Position numbers and translations under genes: made by a program. DNA of 64,000 nucleotides from a virus: the IMG/VR virus record IMGVR_UViG_3300045942_000110. One strand, 5' to 3'. The first letter of the stretch is position 1; each line of letters begins with the position of its first letter. The notes beneath the pieces are model-generated. The model was not told the origin of the DNA. It ran no database searches and was given only the letters and a program-made list of their open reading frames with translations. Below are positions 51,721 to 60,002 of the stretch, in pieces.

Positions 51721-51995
51721 CCGTCGGTACCGCGACCGGCGTCAACGGTGAGCGCTCGGCTCAGGCTGTTGGCGCGATCTTGCTGCAGGCTCAGCGCTCG
51801 CAGGAGAACGCCGACTCGTGCAAGACGTCGCTGGAGCATCTCGTGCCGGCGAAGGACTACCCGGCCGAGCGGCGCCAGCTGAACAAGTCGCTGATCGAGC
51901 ACCAGTGCGAGGCCGCGGCCTACCGCTACGCGGCGTCGTTGGCCGCCGAGATTCTCGGAGTGGAGGTGAAGCCGTGGAAGCCGTCGGGGCAGTGA
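51717..51995 (+). CDS. hypothetical protein
   Basis: GTGA coupling. Confidence 0.55.
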   Translation: MTVGTATGVNGERSAQAVGAILLQAQRSQENADSCKTSLEHLVPAKDYPAERRQLNKSLIEHQCEAAAYRYAASLAAEILGVEVKPWKPSGQ

Positions 51996-52321
51996 GGCCG
52001 TGCCCGAAGTGCGAGCTGCCGGCAGCGAGCGCGGAGGTGCTCGAGCAGCATGCGAGCTACTGCATCGGCGAGACGCCGTGGGTCCTGCACAACCGCCGGG
52101 CCGGCATGGTGGTGTACCTCAGCGATGAGGAGTACGAGGCGATGATCAACAACAACCTGGCGATCGCCGCGGGCTCCGAGGAGACCTTCCCCTCCGAGAT
52201 GGCCACCAACATCGCGAACCGAGCGCTGTTCGGCCTGCATGACTGGGAGGCGCCCGAGGGCGACACCGAGTCCTGGAAGGCCCCGCCCGGCTACAGCGTG
52301 TCCATCGACAGCAACGACTGA
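51992..52321 (+). CDS. hypothetical protein with N-terminal CPKC...HASYC motif
   Basis: GTGA coupling. Confidence 0.55.
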   Translation: MRPCPKCELPAASAEVLEQHASYCIGETPWVLHNRRAGMVVYLSDEEYEAMINNNLAIAAGSEETFPSEMATNIANRALFGLHDWEAPEGDTESWKAPPGYSVSIDSND

Positions 52322-52323
52322 TT

Positions 52324-52395
52324 CATTCATTCCTTTCCTCCTTCTCTCCCCCTCCCTTTCAGGGATGGGGAGAGAGAGAAGGGAATAGGTGAATG
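52324..52395 (+). repeat. polypyrimidine/polypurine inverted repeat (long hairpin), copy 2
   Basis: The CT-rich arm cattcattcctttcctccttctctccccctccc pairs with the AG-rich arm gggatggggagagagagaagggaataggtgaatg. Its left border (ttcattcc) is shared with copy 1. Confidence 0.75.
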
Positions 52396-52412
52396 TGAGA
52401 GATGAGAGAAGC

Positions 52413-52763
52413 ATGGGCGCAGAGATCGAGTACGAGATGAAGCGGTCGGACGGACGTCAGCGCACGTTCAAGGCCGTATGGGCCTTTGGCAGGTGGTGGA
52501 GCTGGCACGGCGTGACGCGCACGGCGTCGGCCATGATCCGCCTGTGGGAGCGGAAGTTCCTGCAGCCCGGTGAGACGCCGCTCGACTGGGGTGAGCCTAT
52601 GACGGCGCACTTCAAGGCCCGGGATCAGGAGGGACCCTTTGAGGTTGACGTGCCGGGTGTCACCCTCGATCAGGTAGCAGAGACAGTGGAGAGGGTGAGC
52701 GATGAGCGGGATGCACGAACACGACGAGAGCGCCGTGAGCAGCGTGAGCGACGAGTCGGCTGA
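52413..52763 (+). CDS. hypothetical protein
   Basis: ATG 52413 (alternative GTG 52389, which lies inside the hairpin). The 3' end overlaps the next gene by 62 nt. Confidence 0.55.
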   Translation: MGAEIEYEMKRSDGRQRTFKAVWAFGRWWSWHGVTRTASAMIRLWERKFLQPGETPLDWGEPMTAHFKARDQEGPFEVDVPGVTLDQVAETVERVSDERDARTRRERREQRERRVG

Positions 52764-53010
52764 GCTGACGCCAGAGCAGCTGTCGGAGCTGTACGGCGTG
52801 CCTCAGGGACGGCCGGGAGGTGTGCGCCTCGGCGGTAGCGCGGAGCGCGTGACGGTGCCGTGCCAGACGTGCAACGGCGCCGGTCACTACCCGATAGACA
52901 CCTTCGCCAAGCCCGACGCGAACGGCTACCGCGCGGTCGTTGTCATCGAGAAGACGTGCACGGTCTGCTACGGCACCGGCTCGACGGTCGAGCTGCGGGA
53001 GGGTGAGTAG
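52702..53010 (+). CDS. DnaJ-type zinc-finger-like protein
   Basis: CQTCNGAG and CTVCYGTG (CxxCxGxG repeats). Confidence 0.55.
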   Translation: MSGMHEHDESAVSSVSDESAELTPEQLSELYGVPQGRPGGVRLGGSAERVTVPCQTCNGAGHYPIDTFAKPDANGYRAVVVIEKTCTVCYGTGSTVELREGE

Positions 53011-53012
53011 GC

Positions 53013-53318
53013 ATGGTTGAGGAAGTGATGGAAGGGGTCATCCCGACACCGAACGGCCTGCTGGTGGCGCGTCGAGACGGGTGGGACATCCTCGTGCTGC
53101 CCATGATGGTGAACTGGCGCGTGTTGCTCAGCCGCACCGGCGACGACTACAACGTCGTGGCGGCGTTCTGCTTCCAGGGACGCAGCACTGTGACACGTGA
53201 CCGCGCGATCACCGAGGCGAGAGCATGGGCCGAGGGAGACGTCCTCGAGACGGACCCGGAGGGCTACGTCAAGGTGGCCTTCGACGGACGTGAGCACGAC
53301 TACTGGAACAGGCGCTGA
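53013..53318 (+). CDS. hypothetical protein
   Basis: ATG 3 nt after the upstream stop. Confidence 0.6.
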   Translation: MVEEVMEGVIPTPNGLLVARRDGWDILVLPMMVNWRVLLSRTGDDYNVVAAFCFQGRSTVTRDRAITEARAWAEGDVLETDPEGYVKVAFDGREHDYWNRR

Positions 53319-53345
53319 AGCCCGTCTCGTCGTGCTCACGTTTCC

Positions 53346-53366
53346 GTGATACAATAAGTCATACGC
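53346..53366 (+). promoter_or_regulatory. class-1 promoter-like motif, copy F
   Basis: gtgatacaataagtcatacgc followed by the hairpin cgcagg/cctgcg. Lies 35 nt before ATG 53401. Confidence 0.6.
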
Positions 53367-53400
53367 AGGATGGGCCTGCGTTAGATCGGGGATAGAGACC

Positions 53401-53811
53401 ATGAGCACCATCGAGATCACGACCACGCCGGCGGACGTCGAGCAGGTCACGGCCGATACCGTGGTCGAGGTGCCGGTGACCGTCACGACGGCCGACGAGG
53501 AGACGGTGGGGCTCGCGGTGTGCGGACCGAACGAGGCACACGCCGAGGACGGCAGCTGCGTCCCGATGAGCTACTGGGGCGAGGAGAGCGTGCCCGTCAT
53601 CGTCGACGAGGCGCCGGTCGAGGGCCGCACCGACACGGTGTACGTGCCCGAGACGGGTCAGATCGTGCAGGAGGACACCGGCGAGGTCATCGACCAGCTG
53701 GCTGTGACCGGCATCGAGGACCTCAGCCCGCTCACGGTCATCCTCGGTGCGGCCCTGCTCGTGGCGGGCATCGCCGCGCGGGTGCGCGGAGCGCGTGCAG
53801 GCCGGGCGTAA
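53401..53811 (+). CDS. acidic protein with C-terminal LAxTG-type sorting-signal-like tail
   Basis: C-terminus is LAVTG-IEDLSP-LTVILGAALLVAGIAA-RVRGARAGRA. No N-terminal signal peptide is visible. Confidence 0.65.
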   Translation: MSTIEITTTPADVEQVTADTVVEVPVTVTTADEETVGLAVCGPNEAHAEDGSCVPMSYWGEESVPVIVDEAPVEGRTDTVYVPETGQIVQEDTGEVIDQLAVTGIEDLSPLTVILGAALLVAGIAARVRGARAGRA

Positions 53812-53815
53812 CGTC

Positions 53816-54043
53816 ATGGCCATGACCACGAAGAACCCGTCTACTTCCCAGCTGATGTGCCTCGACACGTGGAGCGACGAGGAGGAAGCGACGTCGATGC
53901 ACGTGTGCAAGCGGCACGACAACCACTCGGGAGCATGCTTCTGCATGTGCACCGCGGTGCGCGTCATCGACGACGAGGTGCCGACGTACTTCTTCGGTGA
54001 GGCGTTCCCGCCGCCGTCGGAGCACGAGCGGCAGCCGGACTGA
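53816..54043 (+). CDS. small Cys/His-rich protein
   Basis: HVCKRHDNHSGACFCMC. Confidence 0.55.
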   Translation: MAMTTKNPSTSQLMCLDTWSDEEEATSMHVCKRHDNHSGACFCMCTAVRVIDDEVPTYFFGEAFPPPSEHERQPD

Positions 54044-54288
54044 TGCGACGCCCAAGCTGGTGGCGCCACAGCGCGAAGGTGATGGGCGTCTTGGTGATGC
54101 TGATCACTGTCAACCAGCTGTTCATCGCCTACCTCATGCCCTCGGTGTGGCACGGGACCTGGATGACATCGGTGGTGGGCGGGGTATTGGGCATGATCAA
54201 CGGTCACGTCGTCTACCGCTGGAGCAAGTACGAGTCCAACCGGGTGTGGACGGCGTACCGCGAGTACGAGAAGGGAATGCAGCGATGA
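54043..54288 (+). CDS. small membrane protein (2 TM)
   Basis: TGATG coupling. Helices VMGVLVMLITVNQLFIAYL and SVVGGVLGMINGHVV. Confidence 0.6.
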   Translation: MRRPSWWRHSAKVMGVLVMLITVNQLFIAYLMPSVWHGTWMTSVVGGVLGMINGHVVYRWSKYESNRVWTAYREYEKGMQR

Positions 54289-54554
54289 GCAGCGAAGGAG
54301 AGACGATGACGGACATCGAGAGCGGCCAGAAGATCCAGGTGTTCGGCACCGAGGTCACGGTCGACAGGCTCAAGGTCAACATCACAGCGATCGGCGAGGG
54401 CTTCACCGTCGTGGCCCAGGTCATCCTCGATGATGAGGACGTGCTGGTGGCTGCGACGGTGTCGTCGAACTCTTGCGACTGGGAGTACGCGGCCGGCGAC
54501 ATGGTCGCGGAGGCCATGCGACAGCTGAACGAGTGGCTGGAGGCGAACCAGTGA
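54285..54554 (+). CDS. hypothetical protein
   Basis: ATGA coupling. Confidence 0.6.
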   Translation: MSSEGETMTDIESGQKIQVFGTEVTVDRLKVNITAIGEGFTVVAQVILDDEDVLVAATVSSNSCDWEYAAGDMVAEAMRQLNEWLEANQ

Positions 54555-54946
54555 CTGGGTCGACATTCGACGGTAAGCCTGAGGGTGGTCAGCCCTCGAG
54601 CTGCTCGCTGACCGGACCGGATCAGCATGGCATGTACACGCTCAGCGTGAACGAGCCGTTCTTCCCGGGCCGCGCTCAGGACGGCTTCCAGGAGCGGGTG
54701 ATGCAGCGTCTCGAGGTGAGCGCGCCGAGCCTGCAGCAGGAGCCGCCGAAGCGGTTCTACGGCCGCGATTTTCACGACCAGGTCACCCGCATGGCCGAGA
54801 CGGTGCACGGCTCGCCGCGCGCCTCGGCGATCGTGCGGGACACCCTGCGGGCACATATCGAAGAGCATGATCGACGGGCGGCTCGTATGTACGTAGACAT
54901 GACGCTCGAGGGTCTCGACAACCCGACCGCAGGGCTTCACGAATGA
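54551..54946 (+). CDS. hypothetical protein
   Basis: GTGA coupling. Confidence 0.55.
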   Translation: MTGSTFDGKPEGGQPSSCSLTGPDQHGMYTLSVNEPFFPGRAQDGFQERVMQRLEVSAPSLQQEPPKRFYGRDFHDQVTRMAETVHGSPRASAIVRDTLRAHIEEHDRRAARMYVDMTLEGLDNPTAGLHE

Positions 54947-55176
54947 GCACGCAGGGGGTGGTGCGCATCACCGCGATCGACCGTGACGGCGTGGAGCTGG
55001 GTACGGTCGACGGCGAGGAGCTGCGGATCAAGGTCAACCCGATCGGTGGCGACCTGCTGATCGACAACGGGCATCGCTCGTTCTTCGGTGAGGAGACGGG
55101 CTACACGCTGGACGAGCTGGCGAACGGACGAGCAGACGACGTGAAGCGCGTCGTCGTGGAGGTGGTGGAGCTGTGA
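54943..55176 (+). CDS. hypothetical protein
   Basis: ATGA coupling. Confidence 0.6.
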   Translation: MSTQGVVRITAIDRDGVELGTVDGEELRIKVNPIGGDLLIDNGHRSFFGEETGYTLDELANGRADDVKRVVVEVVEL

Positions 55177-55469
55177 ACGAGCAGAAGACGGTGACGGACA
55201 TCTTCGCGATGGAGGTGCCGGCCGAGGACAAGCCGATGCATGAGCTGGCCGACAAGCTGAAGGACCCGACGTACGTGGCGCCGGTCGGGAGCACGTGGGT
55301 CCCGAAGCCGGGCCGCGACAACTCCTCGAGGGAGATCAAGGTCACCGGCCACCTCGAGGAGAGCGACAAGCTCGAGGTGATCCGCAAGCGCGCGACCGGC
55401 GTGCGCAGCAAGTCGACGATCAAGCTCAGCGCGCTGCTCGAGCGGTACGACCGGGCGGACCGGCGATGA
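55173..55469 (+). CDS. hypothetical protein
   Basis: GTGA coupling. Confidence 0.6.
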   Translation: MNEQKTVTDIFAMEVPAEDKPMHELADKLKDPTYVAPVGSTWVPKPGRDNSSREIKVTGHLEESDKLEVIRKRATGVRSKSTIKLSALLERYDRADRR

Positions 55470-55921
55470 CCGAGGACGAGTTCTACCAGAAGCTCTGGAC
55501 CTACGCGATGACCGAGATGGGTCAGGCGATGGGGCTGCAGAACATCCCCTGGGTGACCCGGCTGGTGAACAGCGTGGCTCTCGAAGCCGCCCGCCTGCAC
55601 GAGGAGAGCAAGACGTCGTCGCTGCCGGGTGAGGTGAGCGACGCGCTGCACCGGGTGAGTGTCCAGGTGCTTGCTACTGCCGGCCGCGTGATCGCCGACG
55701 TCGGGCCAAGCCAGGACCACGAGGAGGGACAGCGCGCGGCGCGCGAGGACCTCGACCTGATCGCGCGCCACCTGGTGAGCGTGGCGATCCAACCTGCCCC
55801 GCAGTCATCCGGCTACGGGCCGTGGGGCGTCATCGACGACTGTGACTGCCTGGACCGTGAAGCGCTGGTCACTCCCGAGGGCCTGGTGTGCGGGACGTGC
55901 GGGAAGCAGCTGTCGAAGTGA
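55466..55921 (+). CDS. hypothetical protein
   Basis: ATGA coupling. C-terminal CDCLD...CGTCGK. Confidence 0.6.
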   Translation: MTEDEFYQKLWTYAMTEMGQAMGLQNIPWVTRLVNSVALEAARLHEESKTSSLPGEVSDALHRVSVQVLATAGRVIADVGPSQDHEEGQRAAREDLDLIARHLVSVAIQPAPQSSGYGPWGVIDDCDCLDREALVTPEGLVCGTCGKQLSK

Positions 55922-56100
55922 GCGTCGGGCACGACGATCTTCTGCTGATCACCTACGTCCGAGAAGAGCTTCTCGACGAGGGCTGGACGATCGACGAAGT
56001 CCAGACGTATCTGACGAAGATGGACCCGGGTGACTGGCGGAAGTACGTCGGAGACATGACGCGAGCGCATGCCGCCGAGCTGGTTGAGACGCTGCGATGA
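55918..56100 (+). CDS. hypothetical small protein
   Basis: GTGA coupling. Confidence 0.5.
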   Translation: MSVGHDDLLLITYVREELLDEGWTIDEVQTYLTKMDPGDWRKYVGDMTRAHAAELVETLR

Positions 56101-56279
56101 GCCTGACGAGGATCGAAGCGCTGGCGACCGTGGCCAGCCTCTACGACAACGTGATCGCGGAGTGCTGGATGTCCGAGCAGATTCGCGCCCTCGAGGCTGA
56201 GCGAGAACAGGTCTGGGCGGGCCTGGGCGTGACGGAGAAAGAGCGCCGTGAGCTGAGCTGGCCGAGGAAGGTGACGTGA
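56097..56279 (+). CDS. hypothetical small protein
   Basis: ATGA coupling. Confidence 0.5.
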   Translation: MSLTRIEALATVASLYDNVIAECWMSEQIRALEAEREQVWAGLGVTEKERRELSWPRKVT

Positions 56280-56500
56280 ACGGCGGCAAGCTCTCTGACG
56301 TCTACGTCGATGGAATCCGACCGCACTCCATCTGGGACAGGACAGACGATGAGGACCAGGTCGAGTCGATCGAGGTGATCAGGCTGCTCCCTCCGTTCGA
56401 GCTGAAGGTGATCCGCCGCTTCATGACCCTGCGGGACGACCAGCACGCGGTGATGTTCGCCTCGAGCCTGCGCAAGAGGTACACGGAAAGGGAGGTGTAG
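56276..56500 (+). CDS. hypothetical protein
   Basis: GTGA coupling. Confidence 0.55.
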   Translation: MNGGKLSDVYVDGIRPHSIWDRTDDEDQVESIEVIRLLPPFELKVIRRFMTLRDDQHAVMFASSLRKRYTEREV

Positions 56501-56513
56501 TGCACTGTGAGGC

Positions 56514-56526
56514 AGCGTAGTACGCT
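56514..56526 (+). promoter_or_regulatory. class-2 palindrome AGCGTAgTACGCT (leaderless promoter/operator)
   Basis: Perfect 6+1+6 palindrome. TACGCT at 56521-56526, then 7 nt, then GTG 56534, with no SD. Confidence 0.55.
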
Positions 56527-56533
56527 GGGCAGC

Positions 56534-57010
56534 GTGTTCCGTGATACCGCCTCCCAGACCGAACGATCGTTCGCCAGACTGACCGGCCGACTCGCCACGG
56601 CGGCGACTGTGACCCTCGCCGTTGTCCGCGTTGGACGGTTCTTCACGACCGACAAGGCCGGTGAGTGGTGGGTGGTCGGGCCTGCGAAGCGCTGGGCTTG
56701 GCGGAGCACCGAGCCCAACGGCAAGGCTCCCTGGCCGACGGTCAACGCGGCACGCGAGCAGGACTACGTCGCGCAGCCGATGGAGACGCCGCTGCCTAGC
56801 TGGGGCTGGCGCTCCAAGCTGGTGAGCATCTTCGACTGCGGCTTCTGCCTGGCGCCGTGGCTCACCGGTGCAGCGATCATCGTCGAGGCGCTCACCTCCC
56901 CGCGAGTCCCCGTGCTCCGCCGGCTCCGCCCGGTGTGGCGGTGGCTGACCCTGACCCTCGCCGGCTCGTACGTGGCCGGTCACATCTGGAACCGATTGGA
57001 CAACCACTGA
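56534..57010 (+). CDS. DUF1360-like membrane protein
   Basis: TVTLAVVRVGRFFTTDKAGEWW and FDCGFCLAPWL are typical of DUF1360 as I recall it. The start is set at GTG 56534 because track start 56507 includes the palindrome. Confidence 0.6.
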   Translation: MFRDTASQTERSFARLTGRLATAATVTLAVVRVGRFFTTDKAGEWWVVGPAKRWAWRSTEPNGKAPWPTVNAAREQDYVAQPMETPLPSWGWRSKLVSIFDCGFCLAPWLTGAAIIVEALTSPRVPVLRRLRPVWRWLTLTLAGSYVAGHIWNRLDNH

Positions 57011-57294
57011 TGAGCACCCCGAACACGAGCGCACCGGCTGAGGTCGAGGCGACGCAGGGCCGCGTGCGGGTCTACATGCCCGGCTTCGACGGCACCCTCG
57101 GCTGGCAGGAGAGCACGTTCAGCACGGCGGTGGACGGCGCGGTGGAGCAGAAGACGTTCACCGCCGTGCTCCCTGACGGCACGAAGCGGCAGGTGGTCAT
57201 CACCGTCGACGTGCTGCAGAGCGACGAGCCGGTCACCCCGGGCCCGGTGTACCCCGAGTACCCGAACGACGAAGAGACAGAACCCACCACGTAA
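57010..57294 (+). CDS. hypothetical protein
   Basis: TGATG coupling. Confidence 0.6.
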   Translation: MSTPNTSAPAEVEATQGRVRVYMPGFDGTLGWQESTFSTAVDGAVEQKTFTAVLPDGTKRQVVITVDVLQSDEPVTPGPVYPEYPNDEETEPTT

Positions 57295-57337
57295 GCGGCG
57301 AGCGCAGCCGCTCCGATCCCTCTAGGAGAAGCGCATC

Positions 57338-58045
57338 ATGGACTACCACCTCGAACAGGCCCTTGAGACCGTCGAGTACGACAACGCGGATGAGCTGAAG
57401 AAGGTGCTCCTTGGGCGCCGGATCGTCAGCGTGAACCGCACGCACCAGGCCGAGATCATCCGGGCGACGTACTTCCGCCAGCTGGCCGCCTTCGAGCAGG
57501 GCGTGTCCGGCGCGGTGGAGCCGTACAAGCCGTACGACCTCGACCGTGTCAGCCGTAGCTCCTACGACGAGGTGATCGAGTACCACCTCGACAACGGCTG
57601 GACCCTGCGGGCTCACGCCAACGACGGCGGCTGCGCATGCAGCAACGGCTGCTTCAGCGTGGACCTTAGCCAGGAGAACGAGGCCCGGCTGATTGGTGCC
57701 ACGATCCTCGGCGTGCAGGTGGAGGAGACGGTCGAGGGCGGGCACTACGACCACGAGAAGAACGAGTACGTCGAGACCCCGACGGTCTACATCAACGGTG
57801 AGGGCGAGACACCCAGCGACGGCTCCTCGAGCATCAGCGTGTTCGTCTACACCGACCTGACCGCGGCTAACGCCGACGGTGAGCGCATCCCGTTGGTGGA
57901 GAGCGAGGGCGGGGACAACGGCTATTACGGCTGGGGCTTCAGCTTCAGCGTGGACCGGACGATCATCATCGGCGAGCGCGACGCGACCACGGCAGAGGCG
58001 GTCATCGCCTCGATGAACAACGACGAGAGCGGGGACGGGCGATGA
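57338..58045 (+). CDS. hypothetical protein
   Basis: aggag SD 9 nt upstream. No family recognised. Confidence 0.7.
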   Translation: MDYHLEQALETVEYDNADELKKVLLGRRIVSVNRTHQAEIIRATYFRQLAAFEQGVSGAVEPYKPYDLDRVSRSSYDEVIEYHLDNGWTLRAHANDGGCACSNGCFSVDLSQENEARLIGATILGVQVEETVEGGHYDHEKNEYVETPTVYINGEGETPSDGSSSISVFVYTDLTAANADGERIPLVESEGGDNGYYGWGFSFSVDRTIIIGERDATTAEAVIASMNNDESGDGR

Positions 58046-58338
58046 GCTCGACAGGATCCGGGTTCTTCCAGCTGGGCAGCCTGTGGCTGAACATCGACCA
58101 CATCGTGGTGGTGCGCAAGCCTCTTGAGGCTGATATCAGCCGGGGCGTAGCCTCCACGTCGCTGGCGGTGATCGAGACGGATGATGCGCGCCTGTTCGCG
58201 GTGGACATCACCGTCGACGAGGTGATGGACCTGATCACCCGTGCGGCGGGGTGGAACGAGCACGAGTTGCCTCCGCTGTCGTTCCGCATCCCGGCCGAAC
58301 CCGTGGGCGACGAAGACGAGCTGAGGAACCTCGGATGA
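58042..58338 (+). CDS. hypothetical protein
   Basis: ATGA coupling. Confidence 0.6.
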   Translation: MSSTGSGFFQLGSLWLNIDHIVVVRKPLEADISRGVASTSLAVIETDDARLFAVDITVDEVMDLITRAAGWNEHELPPLSFRIPAEPVGDEDELRNLG

Positions 58339-58649
58339 GCGAGCAGGGTTGGACGCTGCCGGACGAGCCGGACGTGACGCCCGCAGAGGCGGAGGAGCTG
58401 GTGCGGGAGGTGCGGAGTGCTGAGCCGATGACGATCCAGGACATCGTGGTCGAGAGCGTGCTCGACACCCTTGACGCGGCGCTGGCTGACGGTCTCAGTT
58501 CCATGCTCGGGCTGAGCGACCTGCAGCTGGCGTCGGAGCATGCCGAGGACTACACCGAGGTGACGGCCTACGACGACGAGGGCGAGAGCCTGGGCGAGTG
58601 GCGGGTCACCGTGAAGGTGGAGCGGATCAACCAGGAGGCAGGGCGATGA
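58335..58649 (+). CDS. hypothetical acidic protein
   Basis: ATGA coupling. Confidence 0.6.
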   Translation: MSEQGWTLPDEPDVTPAEAEELVREVRSAEPMTIQDIVVESVLDTLDAALADGLSSMLGLSDLQLASEHAEDYTEVTAYDDEGESLGEWRVTVKVERINQEAGR

Positions 58650-58879
58650 GCGAGAAGCGGCGAGAGCCTCGGACCATCAGGAACAGCGAGACGATCGAGC
58701 CGGGCACGCTGGTGAGGGTCGCCGGCGGGCGGATTGTGCGGGAGGTCCTCGAGACGAAGGTGCGTGGGCACTACCTGCGAGGTCGCCTGCGTGACACCCG
58801 CACCGGGCGGAGCGTGGGCTGGGAGTACCTCGATCGGATGGTCGTGGTCGACAAGGACGGGAACGAGGTCGAGCGATGA
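58646..58879 (+). CDS. hypothetical basic protein
   Basis: ATGA coupling. Confidence 0.55.
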   Translation: MSEKRREPRTIRNSETIEPGTLVRVAGGRIVREVLETKVRGHYLRGRLRDTRTGRSVGWEYLDRMVVVDKDGNEVER

Positions 58880-59535
58880 GCCAGGACGACGAGACGCCGA
58901 CGCAGCGCGTGGGTGAGAAGCTGCACGTGCACGTCCGCGTGGATGGACAGCAGCATGACGCGGCCCACATCGGCACGGTCTGGGTCACACCCTCGAAGTC
59001 GCACATCAACAGCAGCACGGTGTGGGGCGGGATCACGGTGAGCAAGGTCGAGCTGGCGCGAGCGCTGCGCGTGTTGGCGGACAGCTTCGATCCGGCACCT
59101 GAGCCCGATGAGCTGATCCCTGTGCAGGGCTGGACCGACAAGAGCGTGGCGGAGTTTCACGACGCCGTGCATCAGGGCCTGGTACCCGAGAACGTGGACG
59201 TCGTGGCCGCACAGAACTGGACGCCGCAGGTGTTCACCGACGAGCTGCCGCCGGAGCCCACGGAGCCTGACGAGGAGCCGACGCCGGCGATCGACCGTGA
59301 GGTGTTCCACACGTTCATGCCGCTGACCGAGCAGCTGCGTCTCGCGGCTCACCTCAGTGGGGCGGAGCACACTCTCACTCAGCACCGTGACGGTCTTGAG
59401 CCGTGGTGCCCGCGGTGTGGCCGACGAGGTGACGGGCGGTTCCCGCAGCCGCTCGAGGCGTTCAGCGGCTCAGGCTTGGCGTTCGCGATGAAGTCGGCCA
59501 ACGTGCACAAGGCGAAGTGGGAGGCCAAGCGATGA
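58876..59535 (+). CDS. hypothetical protein
   Basis: ATGA coupling. C-terminal WCPRCGRRGDG. Confidence 0.65.
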   Translation: MSQDDETPTQRVGEKLHVHVRVDGQQHDAAHIGTVWVTPSKSHINSSTVWGGITVSKVELARALRVLADSFDPAPEPDELIPVQGWTDKSVAEFHDAVHQGLVPENVDVVAAQNWTPQVFTDELPPEPTEPDEEPTPAIDREVFHTFMPLTEQLRLAAHLSGAEHTLTQHRDGLEPWCPRCGRRGDGRFPQPLEAFSGSGLAFAMKSANVHKAKWEAKR

Positions 59536-60002
59536 GCGTGACGCCCTCGAGCGATGCCACCGCGAAGGTGTGGGTGGAGTTCAACGACCCGGACGGCAAC
59601 CGAATCCTGCTGGAGACGGTGGGCTCGCTGCCAGCCAACCAGTTCCGCATGGAGTTCCAGCAGGGCGAGACCGCGCACAGCCGCGCTCGGGGCATCCTCG
59701 ATGACGACCGCTTCATGTCGCCGTTGGGTCCGACCCACGCCGACGTGACGCTGAAGTTCCGCGTGAAGAACGACAGCCCGAGTCAGGCGGGGTACATCTT
59801 TGGCAACCGCGAGGACGTTATCAAGCACCCCGAGCACGTCGGCATCCCGATGCACCGCCCCGCGAGCAGCTCCTCCAGCTCGATCGAGGACCGGCTGGGC
59901 CTGGCCTCGGAGCCGACGGGTGACCAGGACGAGGGAGCGTGCGACTGCGCGCGCGGCAAGGTGCTGGCCCACGCGGCCGCGACGGCGGGAGGGCGGCGCT
60001 GA
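59532..60002 (+). CDS. hypothetical protein
   Basis: ATGA coupling. Confidence 0.6.
   Translation: MSVTPSSDATAKVWVEFNDPDGNRILLETVGSLPANQFRMEFQQGETAHSRARGILDDDRFMSPLGPTHADVTLKFRVKNDSPSQAGYIFGNREDVIKHPEHVGIPMHRPASSSSSSIEDRLGLASEPTGDQDEGACDCARGKVLAHAAATAGGRR

Noticed and set aside
56507-56533. GTG 56507 as the start of the DUF1360-like gene
   Set aside because: The first nine codons would consist of the AGCGTAgTACGCT palindrome. GTG 56534 fits the same TACGCT + 6-7 nt spacing seen at three other genes.
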